A stretch of DNA of 64,000 nt from Podospora anserina. Taxonomy: Eukaryota. Shown here in pieces: positions 10,363-23,600 of this stretch. A model generated the notes under the pieces. The model was given only the letters and a program-made list of their open reading frames with translations, was not told the DNA's origin and did not search any database. Each line of letters begins with the position of its first letter. The first letter of the stretch is position 1. The stretch covers positions 6,510,001-6,574,000 of the forward strand of contig CM030332.1 of the NCBI GenBank assembly GCA_017654855.1, read 5' to 3'. A program made the position numbers and the translations under genes.

Positions 10363-13300
10363 GCACAGCAGCAGGAAGTAATTTCTCTTACACTCCCCCC
10401 TCCCCCCTCGATCCGAGTCAGGGGATGTATGATGCTGTAGGGGTTCACATTTGGAGCTCGCTCAACTCAGAACTAATTTGTCAACCCACACCCACTCTAC
10501 ATTAGATCCAAGACAATAACCGTTATTAGGCCGTTGAGGTTATTATGGTCCTCCTTGCTGGGGTGTGTGAGATGGGGAGGGGGGGCTATGGTATGCAAGC
10601 TTGGGAGTAACTGGCATAACGGAAGGGTACCAGGCACAGCAGACACAGCCTAAAAAGGGGGGTCGGGGCTGGTGATGGTGGACTGACTCTTGCCGAGCAC
10701 GAAGGGCTGCATATTCCTGCTGCTGTGCGTGGGTAGGGTGTCTACGGAAGGGGAGTGGGGGGGGCAGGCTAAGACGAAGACGACACAACAGTCACACGGC
10801 AGTTGGTGTTATCGTTGGTTGGACGGGGAGAGTCAGTGAGAAAGGAAAGATGCTTCATGTACTGTGACCCTGGTGTGCTACTGGCTGGCTCGTTGGGGGA
10901 CGACGGGTTGGATGGGCTGGGCAAGGGAACGGTGGGATGTAAGGTCTATCTGGTGTGAAGGGCACCCCGAAAAGAGGCGGGGAAGGGTCATGCCAGCAGG
11001 CTGCTTGGTTCAGTGCCTCTGGCCATGCCAGCGAGAGTACGGCCGCTGCGAGCGGGCCATACTGCTGACGAGGGAGCAGTAAGCTTCCTCCCGACATCCT
11101 CCACCATCACCGCCCAGGTATCATCACCATCCTCACGACCGCGGAATACGAAAGAACTGACTTTGGTGTCAGCACACAGTGATAACGAAAGTATACTTGC
11201 ATGTAGGCAAGACGTGTGACCGGTCGAAAGTCTCAGAGTCGTACGTTTCTCGCCCGCTACCCGCGCCCGAGCGAGGAGAGGGAGGAATGGTGAGGAGGTC
11301 GGATGGCATCCCACCTCCATCGCGACCATTCATCACATCCCATCCCATCTCATCCCCGCCGTCGACAGTTCCACAAAGCAGCATGATCCGGTTCACCGCA
11401 AGTTGCTGCTCTGCCCACCCGTCCAGCAAGCCCAGCCATGGTGATGAAATATTAGTAGGCGATGGACCCCGAAAGGCGTGGTTGATTGGTTTCCGGAGGT
11501 GTCCCGGCGGCATCTTCCTTTAACCACCTTCCTCTCTCGTCCTGGCGAGGACGCCGACCAGCTGGAATGATGTGGTGGAGAGAGGTTGGCGGTCGATGTC
11601 GTGCACGCGAGTAGGTAGCGAGTGAGCTGACTGGCATGTAGTGTGTACATGCCATGCTGTATTCCTGCGCGGGACCCGGCGGGCAGGTTTAGCTACGCAA
11701 GACAACAACGCAACACTCCTCCACAGTCAGAGAAATGGCTGGCATGTTGAGCTATGCAAAGAGACCCTGAGTGGATAATGATGTGCAATATCATTGACGA
11801 AATCTTTTGGAGCCACTGGTCAGGTCACCCGACAGTTGGAATGTTGTCGTCGTCGGGCGGTCTACAATCACTTGGCCAAGGCGAAAAGGCGAATACAGTT
11901 ATGATTGTCGCAGTTTATTGTGCTATTGACCCACTTAGCCAGCTTTGCCTTGTCTTTTGAACTGTCGTGGATAGCAGCCTTTACCTTGCTGTCAACTCTT
12001 CATCGCCAACCAAAGAAGCTCTCGGTATCAAAACGGGAGAAGCCGCTATTCACGAACTTGCCCATGCGGCTCTCAAAAGTCTCGGTAATTTGTGGCTCTT
12101 GCCAAGCGGCCGGTGATGCTCATCATTGCTGCCATCTTCCGAGCATCTGGGGTTGGAAAGAGATGGCCGGGGCGGTCGTGCTGTGAGGCGTTGTTGATCA
12201 CTTGCCAGAAGGAGGTGTCACGGCCCCTGTCCACAGAACTTAGACGATTGCCGCCCGCGACCGCCGCCTGGCGATACGGCAGTCCGGCTGACCTCCTTCA
12301 CAACTGCCATGTCTCCCCACAGAATGCAAGCATCCCCAACGTCGTTTCGAAATGTACAATTCGCAGCTTATTTTCCGGGAATAAACGCTGAAACAAGAAA
12401 ATAAAATTGAGGTCCCATTTCATAAGGTAGGGCTCGAGATATCAAGTCTAGGGGCCTGCAGTGGTGGCGTCTGGTCGCCTGCAGGAAGCCCAAAACAGGG
12501 GCCAAAGTAAACATTGTAGACGACGCCCAGCCAAACAGATGGCTGTTCTCCTGTGTGTGGTTCTTGCCTGCCGCAAGAACGATTCGTGGAAAAGGTAAGA
12601 TACCGAGAGATGGTTGAGAGAAAAAGAAACCGTCCAAGCCTCGGACGCCCTGCCGCAGCCTTGACTTTCTTTTTCTGTTTTTCAACTCGGCCCGGTTCGT
12701 GACTTTTTCGACAGGAATGTCTCAAAGGAAGCTCTTTCTTTGGTTGAGGTTCAGAACCAAACATTAGCCCTGCATCCAGTACCGCGGAACACTCCGCGCA
12801 TCCAGCCCCATGCACAATAAAAGGGGGTGTTATTTTTTTCCCTTTTTGCTTCGCCCAAGGAAATGGGGAAAGGACACAAGTGCGAATAACGGAGATAAAA
12901 CACAGAATAAAAAGAAAGAAGAGTACGAAACGAAGTTCCATTACGGTGACGCCGGCAGCAATGTAGCGTTGATGGGAAATGAGAGTCTGTTTGGGAACTG
13001 AGATGATGTGCGCCAGATCCATCAAGAGCCATCTTGCTGCACGACAGATCTTGACAGATGCGCGGGGCGTGTCGATCACGATGCGACGGCATTTTCTGGC
13101 GTCGCACCCAGTGCCGGGTCTTGGCTGCTGGTGGTGGTGGTTGAAAAAGGAAAGGTGACTTTTCTCACCTTCAGGGGGGCCAAAGGGGCGCATCAAATCC
13201 CAAGTCCCACGATTCGTCCATTTAGGGAAACCCGAAGGTTCTTCCAAGATTCCCCAAATCGATATCTTGGATATCTTGACGTCCTCGACGCGTGCACCGA

Positions 13301-16300
13301 CGTCAAGGCTGGCTTGGCTTTGTTGAACAGATGTCTGTATTGACGTCGAAGGGCCGATTTGGGGCGGCTTGATGCAGGATGGCGTTTTGGAGGCGTTCGG
13401 CAAGAGGTTGGATGAACGGCGACCACTTCAAGATGCCAAGAAGCCCTTGCGAGATCCCGTTTGCGGAGCTAGCCGGAGGTGCCGTCCGTCCAGTTGCCAA
13501 CGACACTGTTGAACATACCCGAAGTCTCAAGCCGAGCGCGGTTCGGAGCCGCGCCTGTCCTCCGCTGTCCTTTTACCTAACCTCAACAAATGCCCTCCGC
13601 CCCGTATTACGGCCTCGATAAATATCCACCCATCAAGCGTCTAAATCATCACGGGTGAGTGCTTGTGCAACCCCGCAAGCGCAATTGATGTCCGCGGCCC
13701 GTTCCAGAGCGCCGTTATGCGGAGTACATGATGGGGGAATAATCATCAAAGCGGCACCGCCAAGGTTAACTAAAAGCCCAAAGTTGTCGAAGTGGTGTCG
13801 CCGAGGGGCAGGTCAGCAACAGCACGATAAAGATTTTGTCGATCCTGTGTGTGTGTTGCTTGACAGCATTGCCTCAAAAGATTAAAACCTTGAAGCCGTA
13901 AAGCATAAATGCCATAATCTTGTTCGTGTTGTATCGCATCTCAGCATCGATGATTTCCCCATGTCTCGCTCGGGCTTCAACGGCGGCGGATCATTGTGCG
14001 CCATCTGAAAAGCTCCGGTGTACAGACCTGGACTAGCGGGTCCAGCTCACGGTGGAGATAATGGCTTTGAATAGCGGTAGTTGTGCTGTGTGGCTTCGAG
14101 TCTCATTGGAGTGAAGGAGGATGCCAAGACTGGAACAAGCGCACCGAACCTCGTGATGCTTTGTTTGTTTGTGTGCCAGACGGCTCTTCCTCGCTGTAAT
14201 TTCACTCAGCCAGCTGCACTCTCGACGGCGAGGCTATCAGTGCCGACCACCACCCTTGGGCTGCGGTTCAGCATCCGAGTCGGGTTTATCTACGGGTGTG
14301 GTAGCTGGTGTCCGTTTTGAGGAAGCCCCTGTCAAATCTGTAACGGCCCCTTGCTTGTAGATCCTGGTCCGTGTGTCTTCCCGCCAGAAGTCACTTGCTC
14401 TCCCAAACCTCCACGCAAGCTCCTGCCAATTTTGTTTCGGCACTCATTTTTATGAGTTTCTCGTATGCGGACCTTTTCACCCTGCTTGCACCGTTGTGCG
14501 TTTCTCCCTTCTCCGCGGGGAGAATAACTAAAATCGTGGAGTCGAAGTCCCCGAATGTGACCCTCTTGTCCCCGACGGCACCCGTAGTCAGCGTCAAACA
14601 ACAAGTCAAGTCAAGTCAACCACGACTCGGGTCTCCCTCCCGTTGTCGGCTCTTGACGACAACTGCAACCTTGTCATCTCTCGTACCCAGGCATAGGTAA
14701 TCTCAGACGCCAGGGAAGCAGGGCTACAAAGAGATGCCAGCCATGCCACGTGATGGCGATGATCTTCAGCATAGGGAAACACTGTCGATGTAGAGGCTGG
14801 ATGTGCATCTTCATGTACCGTTCGACCGACGATCAAAACCGTTGCATATTGTGGCGACCTTTCGTTCCTGATCCGCATCTGGGTTCCTGACTATCATCCG
14901 CCATGTGAAGCCGAACAGACTTCGACTCTTCAGTGTAGGCTTTTGCAAAAGTCATGTGAGCGTCTTGTTCTCGTATTGTTGGGTTGAGTCGTCCTGGAAA
15001 GCTCCGAGACATCTCCGTCTGCAGCCTGCTAATTTGACGCAACTGTCAACCAGAAATTTGATGTTCTCACCACCACAACTTTCATAGTTGACATCGCCGA
15101 CCTAACCACTTATACAACAGGGGTTTCCGGGGAAGTTGTGTTTCGTGTGGCCCAGAACGGTTTAGTTTAAGCGATCGCTCACTTTACATGTACAGGGTAA
15201 GTTGAATGTTCATATGTGAGCACCTGGAAGCGAATATGATCGCCTCAACTGTACCAGAAACAGCACAAATGCTTGATGGAAACGGCAGGGCCAACTCGTG
15301 GGTAACTCAGAGCTGCATGTTTAGCCCTTAACCCTCGGTTAGCAGAACGGTATCGTGGTATCGTGGGGGAACCAACTTTCTCGAGCGATAAAGGTACAGA
15401 GGCCTGCCAATCCTTCTATGCAAGCCACTTGAGTCGATCGACGCCAAGAGACTGGTTAGGACAATGAGTTTTTCTAATCAAAATAAACCTTGCTGCTGCT
15501 GTGGTTGGGTTGATAGATCCAACAGGTGCGTGGTGTCTCTCGAGCCTGGCATAAACCATGGTTCTGTGCGGGTGGACCGACCAAAGCACTCGACAGAGGC
15601 TCCGGGCAGCCCAGAATGGCAAAGAGCAGCACACGCACAAATTTTTGAGATGCAAACCCAGCCGGTGTTGCATCGGGCCAGCTCAGCTGGTCCAGAATGT
15701 TTGCTATGTGGATATGTAGAGGTCGGCGGACAGAGGAGGCTGAAGGTCGTCTCAAGTAGGATTGTAATATATCCAGCGTCGTCCCGTCAAAACCTTCTGC
15801 AGCCTCCGGTAGAATTGTCGCGCTGTGGTGAGAGGAAAATGCCACTCCCCAAGGCTGAAACCTACAGCAGCTGACCGTCTCTCCAGACTCTCGATTTCGC
15901 CATCCCGAACCTCTCTCCCGATGCCCAACTTGCGGTGTCAGAACGGGTGTGAGGGGATTAGGGCCTGCTGACTGTTCATGGGGGAGCATGAAGGCTTCAA
16001 GCCCCATCCGATGTGCCGCCATTGGCTGCGGCTGCCGCTGACTTGCAGGGGAGAAGAGAAAGAGCAGCCTGTTGAGCTTTACCCCCCCTGCTAACCCCGC
16101 TTAGTAGGAGCAGTGATGGATGGTGGCTTCTTGCTTGGGGGGGTTTATTCCCGGTCCTCTTTGCGGTGAGTGGCCGATGTCCAGTGCTGGTGGTGGGGTT
16201 GTATCCTAAGATGGTCGCCGGGAACGCAGCCCAACTGGCGGAGAGTGGAAGCCATCATCCTCAAAGCAAGGAAAGAGAAGAGGGCAGCAACAGCTCATCT

Positions 16301-19300
16301 ACCGCTACAAGCGCGAGCCAAGCATGTCGACTGGTGCGGTGATAGTTCTAGGAAGAGTCCAGTGTACAGTTGCTGGTGACGAAGTCCTGGCTGTGTCAAA
16401 GGCGGAGTGTTGATATCTCGGAATTCGATGAGATGCTCTATGTTGCCTGGCTGTTATTGTTTACTTGTTCCGTTTTGGCAAGAACAATGGCTTTGATATC
16501 ATGGTCGGCACGTCAGTTGAGGAAAGGGTAGGAGGTTAAGGATAATGAATGGACCAGGGTAGTGGCCCAGGTATCTCGCTCGGTGTCGTGTAGAGTTTAG
16601 GGTGGTGTAGGGATACGCCATCCGTCTCTGGGACCGTTTCTCCGCGCTGTCATCAGTTAGATGAACAGCGTCATACAAAGCAGAAGCATGTAACCTCTGA
16701 CCCAGTGCGAGCCTCATCCCTTGAGCAACTGGAAAACGGCGGGGCTCAGTGATGTCACGCCCCCCCAGGATGCGATAGCGACCCCTAAAATCGCTGTGTT
16801 TAGCACTGAAACACAGGGTCTTGATATCTTCCATTACCCCATTCCGAAGAGATTGATCATAAAGACAGGCGAGGGTTGGACAAGAGACGTCACTGGGCCT
16901 AAAAATGACCCGCGATCCTTCGATGAAAGAGAAAGGCAAAGGCACAAGACGGCGGCAGTTTGGTGCCCCACTTTAACCTCCTTGCTGGCTCCGCACCTTC
17001 CGCCGCCACACCACCACACCACCACTGAAATGGCGGAATGGTTCCCCAGCGTCATCAATTCCACTTCAATGTCACCGACTTGAGGGGTACGAGGGGTAGT
17101 TTGCGGTTATACCGCTGAAGAGGTGCGCTGAAATCTTCTCGCTCGACTTCAGCTACGACCTGACCTAAACCATGATACCCTCAGTGCCTCGCTTTTTCTA
17201 CACCACATATTACTGCTACTACTACTGCAGGATCTCGATGTAGATTGAACGTTTGGTTCCTGAATCCACAGTGCGTGGGGTTGGCTAGGCAGTGCTAGGA
17301 CAGTCCTAGTCTGCCTAGTTAACTGCGAACAACTGGAATCTGCAGGTATTGCCTCTTTTGGCTAATACACAGTCTGTCCAGCGTCAGCGGTGAGTGGGTG
17401 GAGCCCCCAATTGTGCTTTGCTGGCTGGCATGCAATTCCGCAGAATTCGATCCCACCAACTCCGTGCCTGGTCAAGCAAGGTGCCACACACCTCATTCAC
17501 ACCCTGGCATACAGCCCATCCCGTCACAATACATACAACAAAAGCATGATTTGCCCCTCTCTGAGTACCTACCGTCACCTGTTTGGCCATTGTTTGTGAT
17601 GGGTGCTGATATGGGCGTCAACAGAGAGCGTATGAATTCGAATAGCGTAGCTTACAGGTGACTAGCGAGCAGAGGAAATCGATTTGACCGAGCAAATTAG
17701 CAGGTCAGAATGGAGTATACTTGGATTGGGCTTTTAACAGTCCCTGCATAACGAAGGCCCCCCATCGCAAGTCGTCCTCCACAAAAAGCACAGAAAACAT
17801 CGGTGGCGTTTGTTAGCCGGAACGCCAGGGCAGCACTACCTGTACCTGAAAGCAACTGTACTTTGCATCTTGAACAGGCCGCTCGCTGAAGGGTGAGCTT
17901 GAACCAACTGTTCACCGACCGAACCCGTCCCCGAAACCTGAACGTCATCCTTCACCTTGAAAGCCATTGATGCCATGCCGCTTCCCGCCTCATTCGCAGC
18001 TTTTCATCGTGGCCTTCCTCGCAGCGCCAAAAGTCATTCCTGGCAACAAAGCAGCCCTGCTTGACCAAGCCGGGACAGACGGACACCTTGAAAGAAGTAA
18101 TTCTGGAGTCTAATATCTTGCGTCCCCGCCAGCAGCAGGGGGAGCAAGAGAGACAACATTTCTCCAACCCCCCGTCCCCCGGCAGCCCCCGTCCCCCGTT
18201 TCACCGCAGCCCCAGTCGTGGCAGAGACGGTCCCATTCTTTTTTGCCTCTGGACCCCTGCTGCCAGGTCATCCTCGATTCCGTATTCCTTGCAACCTCCA
18301 CCGGCTCACCCTCCGCTGCACCACACACGCACAGCGAGCTGCCGTCCGGCCTGTCCATTGACTTCATTGCTTTCCCCCTGTGGATAAGTGTGGGAGGGGT
18401 TGCTTGTTTTGTGCTTGGCATACCCTTCTTTCGTCTTGACTCCTCTGTCCCATACCCTGCCCTTCTATAAGACCGGTGCCGGCACTGACAGACGGTCTGT
18501 TGGAGAGAGAGCATTAAGCATTATCGTGCAGCCATCACCGCCGCCACATCTTCACGCAATTCTACCCTTCAAAAATTTGACCGTTATTAGACCGGATCGT
18601 CACCGTCACGGCCCGCTTCTGGACTGTCTCGCAGCCCACGCTCACCTAGCCTTTCTAGCTCAGGCGTGATTTTGCCCATTATCCCACGCCCTCAGGTACC
18701 AGCTTCGAACACCACCACCGGCTGCTGATCCTGCCCGCCCAAGTGCTCGTTTTGCCCGATTCAAACCAAGCACCTGCTCCCCACGCCTAACCAGGACCAC
18801 GGCCGTTCAGAGGAGACCCTCTTGCGGCATCCATCCCACTCGTTTCATCCCAATTGAACCCGCCCTGGCAGGGCCCTTGGGGGACCATAGGGATATTTCG
18901 TGCGCAGATCCCTTCTGCCGGAAAGTCGTCACTTGTTGCTGCGTCTCCACCTGTCCCGCTGACCAGAGAGGGCAATAACGTTCAGACGACTTGTGAAGCG
19001 ATTGGCTTAGCGTGCAGTCTGGGAACTCCATCCTCGCAGGCGCAGGGCTGCTTGCTTGCGCATGCCATCTGTGCTCATCTCTTGTCACACTCAGACCCCC
19101 CCCCCCCCAACCCCATACCCACCCAGACACCTTCAAAGACACTTAAGGACGCTGATCCGTCCTTCTCGACTGCCCGTGGTCCGATCCTCTTCTCGAGTCC
19201 GACCCAGCTTAAAGGAATCACACACCTGATCAGCACCACTAGCATCTCACTTCCAACAACGCTTCGGAAAGGGGATTACTTACACCAACACGCCGTCCCA

Positions 19301-19307
19301 TCTCATC

Positions 19308-20602
19308 ATGACTATGACCATAGACACACACAACCAACACCGCTTCGGATCCTTAAACTTCGACCACATGTCTTCCTACTCGAGCCACCCGCACTTCACC
19401 AACCCTTGGGTTTCGACGTCGGCCCCTGCTGGCCCCGGACCTCAGGGTGGGAGTCAGAGCCTCTACGTGAGCAGCCAGGACGGCACCAGCCTACCTCACC
19501 TCAACCTCAACGGCCTCTCAAAACACCAACATTCCAACAGGCCCAGCGGCAGCACGTCGATGGCGCCATATGCCCCCCTTCCCGTCTCAGCGTCATCAGC
19601 CGGAGATGTCTACAGCAGACAACACGATATGATGCCCATGTCCCAAGATCTCCTCAGCATCAACCGGTTACAACACCCAACCACATCGGCTGCCCCTTAC
19701 GACACCTCGGCCTACACAACATCGGCGTCTCCTGTCACGGCATCCTACGCCACATCACCAACAGCTTATGATCAGCTTGGCTACGCGCCAGCGCCTATCA
19801 GGGGGACATATGCTGCGCTCGCGCCCGAAGACAGCTCCAGGAGGTACTCTCAGCAGTCAGTCGCTTCCAGCCTCATGAGCCTCCACTCGTCTGGCGGCCC
19901 AGAAGGCCAGTACCAGCATACTTCAGAATCTGACTATGATTTCAGGGGACTTCAACCGGACGACCGGAGAAGCTTTCAAGATGCCCTCGAGGCAAGCCAT
20001 GGCATGATGTCTCTCAGCCAGGACACACCCCGCAACATCTACGATGTTCGTGCTCGGCAACGAGGGTCGACCGAGTCTTATGGGTTTCCATCCACCCACT
20101 CAGCGACCTCGAGCGTGTCCTCGACCGGCTTCAGCCCTTACTATGGTGGTTCTGTGGACGGGTCGGTAAGCGACTACTCGACGACTGGTTCCGACATCGA
20201 GTCGCTGTCCGGGCGCACGCTCCCAAGGCCCCAGGGTCTCATGTCGAGCCAGCCACCAGCGCCACAGTCGATGATGGGATCATTCAGCTCCAAGGTCTCC
20301 TCCAGCACACAAAAGAAGCACAAGTGCAAGGTCTGTGACAAGCGATTCACGAGACCAAGTTCGTTGCAAACGCACATGTACAGCCACACAGGAGAGAAGC
20401 GTGAGTCTTGTCGTTCTTTCCACATAGTTGTCTATCCGCTCTAACAGCTTTTCCCGCAGCATTCCAATGTGAGGTTGAAGGATGCGGTCGCAACTTCTCC
20501 GTCGTCTCCAATCTTCGTCGGCATAGAAAGGTTCACAAGAACCAAGGAGAGCCCCAGACACCATCAGAAACTGGTTCCGAGGATCACCAATCAGACGAAT
20601 AA
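19308..20602 (+). CDS. flbC: FlbC/FLE1-family C2H2 zinc-finger developmental transcription factor; predicted exons 19308-19855, 19946-20400, 20460-20602 (~381 aa)
   Basis: Two C-terminal C2H2 fingers, HKCKVCDKRFTRPSSLQTHMYSHTGEK|PFQCEVEGCGRNFSVVSNLRRHRKVH, are joined by intron 20401..20459 (GTGAGT...CTAAC...GCAG). The N-terminus is Ser/Pro/Gln-rich with FTNPW. Intron 19856..19945 reads GTCAGT...CTGAC...TTCAG. Confidence 0.88.
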
Positions 20603-23600
20603 ATATGAATCACCTCACTGTCCGATCCCCTATTCTCATCATGTCCGTCATCACGACCTCGCCACAATCATTCAACAATAGAACTACAACCTTGTAATTT
20701 ATCGTCACTTACACACAACACACATACCACACCATACACATATGAGCATTCAGGGGATCACATCCACCACATCGAACGCCATACTTCTTCATCTACGGAC
20801 GAGTCAACATCTATCGCTTTTAATCCTTTTTTTCTTAATCTGTCATTGGTCGAAAGAGCGAAGAGCGGCATCTTCCAACAGGAAATGAGGCAGGAGATGT
20901 CTCCCTTGGACGATACCCTCATGGCATCGGCGTTACCGGTTGTGTTTTTTTTTGTTCAAGGCATGCAGCAAGCTGCATTTGCCCTTCTGTACTGTCGCTT
21001 GCGTGTCACACTATACGGATTTTCATTGTCACAAAACGGATTTGGAGCGGACGGCGGGGGTTTTCGGAGGTTAGGTCTCCAGAGTTTGGAACACAACATA
21101 CACGAGATGTACCCTGGCACGACATGGTAGATATTTTCTAGCGATGAGGAACGAAAGCAGAGCAGGGGCGGCATCACCATCACTCCTCCTCTCCCTGGCC
21201 TTGTTGTATTTTGGGTGGACGGTCTGTGGAAAGGCGGGGAGAGGGGAGCACATTTCACACATTACATACCTACACACCTACCTAAACATAATCATGTACT
21301 ATTAGCACACCACGTGGTCTCTCTAGACCCTGCCTCGCTCGAACCAGTTCGCTGTACGACGTGGCAACAAAAAATCGATGAACCATCAACCAACCTTGCC
21401 ATTCATCCTCCCGAAGCTTCGACCCCATATTCCATGTGTTCTTATTCCAATAGTCCCTAATCTGCCAACGTAACCCGAACACAATGGCCCTGAAAAAAAA
21501 AATAGCTTTATTCTCCGCACTCAGTTTAAATGCTTCCAATTAACCATTGACAGGATCATCATTCCCTCGGCACCATTTCGCAAGTCCCATTACCCACACT
21601 TCATCTAGACGCAGTTTCAGGACAATTGTCTCCCCAATCGACAAGCCTACCCGACAAGCACCGCAGATTCTGTCTGACCCGGAACGACTGCGACGCCCCG
21701 CACCCGATACACGCAACCATGCAAAAAGCATGTCAGCATGGTTCTCTGCGTGCACTCGCACGAACAAAGTTTCCACACCAATGACACACCAAAGAGAGAT
21801 AGATGTACGCGAGCAGGATGAGGAAGCAAGTGTCTTCCTTGGAGCCACCTTGGTTGGTTGACTTGGGGCGCGCGATCGACAAGAGACATGCTGCCTGGTC
21901 ATCACGCCTGCCGTCACGACAAACGTTCGCACTGCAGTACCGACGATCCACTCTATCTTGTACCGCTTCAGATTAGTTACTCGCCGCCTTGTCCTGCGCA
22001 CCTTCCAACAACAAGCGGTGTTTTCTTGGTACATACACCTCGTTTCTGTCCCGTCGACGACACGCACTGAACAATCAACCAGACATCAGCACATACACGT
22101 GTCATCCCAGACCGCCCGCCCCTCGGGACACCTCGAGGCGAGACGGCGGCAAGGTGGACCACGGAGGGAAGAAGGAAGCCCGGAACCGGAAGGAGATCAT
22201 CGCCCTCCCCCCGGCGTGGCGCCAACCCGGTCGGCCCTTCCACAGCCTTCGCCAACTGGGACTGATGCCCAAGAACCCCAACAAGGCCACAAGGCAAAGA
22301 CGTGGAGCCCTATATTGACGCCTTACCTTGGGACGAACACCTCAAAAGGGGGTGGGACAACAAGGAGGAGGCGAATAGGATACTTCGGCGACAAAACTTT
22401 CCTCTCTTGACCAAAGAGGAAGATAGCCAACCTTGTCGAGGAACCTTGAGGGCTACGCTATGTTTCAAATCTGCAAATCAGTCTCTTCGGCTCCAAGCCC
22501 AGGGCTGCTGAGGAGATGGCTCTGATCATTGCCCTCAATGGTAAGTTCCAATCACACGGCCATCGCCCTGTGGAAGCTTGAATTTGCTGAAGCAGTGCTG
22601 ATCCGGGGCTAGAAAGCGGGGGTATAACCACCAGAGAACCAAGAAAATCTGAACATGACACCCTCTACGCGCGCTCTCGTCTAACATATAGATGGAGACC
22701 ATCTTACTCGTCTACCACCGAGGACATGTGAACACGGCCTTCATCTAGCACACTATGTCTGGAACGGGGATGAGGGTGGGGTTGTTGATGGTGATGATAT
22801 TGCAAGTCCCTACCGTTCGCCATCGCTTTTCCCAACCGGGTCCCTTCCCTTCACAGCCACAATGGACACCTCCTGATCGCTCTTCTCATCTATGTACATA
22901 CAATTCAAACCAGGACAATGAAGGGGGACACGATGGGGCTGCAAGATGATGAAGCATAAGAAGAAAAACTGGGAACAGGATGGGTTCCTATTCGACAAAA
23001 TGACGCAGTCGGGAAGACCTGCCTGCGAATGCAGAGTTCCTCAAGCCGCCCGGCCCCCACAACCATCAACGTTGTTTCGGCAGTGGGAACACACGGAAAG
23101 AAAAACAGACGAGACCCAGACACATGGCGAGGTCGGGCAGATGGGAACCTGGAACTCGGAGGAACGCAACACAGGGTGAGACATTGGGATGTGGGCTTTT
23201 GGTGTCAGATGGCGTAGAGGGCCGAACGGTAACGGCTACTGTCAAAACTGCGCCTTCTTTCGGCATTCAGCTTTTGTAGGAGGCTGGAGACTGACATCAA
23301 TAAAGGGATTATGAGAGAGGTAGGTACAGCATGATTTCCTGCTTGGACCAAAATGTTGTGTTGGCAAAGCTGTGGTTGATATCATCGTCAAACGTCACGA
23401 CGTGGTGTCGAATGGATGCTTGTGTGTGGTCAATTTGTGGAGTGGCCCCACAAATGACGTCGGCGTGCAAGGCTTGGCCCTGGCGACCCAATTGAGGCTT
23501 GGGAAGGATTCCGCACTCACATTTTCATGAGTTGAGCCATTGGACTATTATCTCTGATTGATCTATTGCCTCCTCAGGCTGCGACCCGGTTTCCAGTAGC

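Noticed and set aside
12420-13403. 327-aa minus-strand ORF
   Set aside because: TTG start, runs through A/T homopolymer-rich sequence that looks non-coding, and shows no domain.
18854-19771. 305-aa ORF overlapping the flbC start
   Set aside because: Non-ATG start, low-complexity translation, and out of frame with the recognisable flbC CDS.
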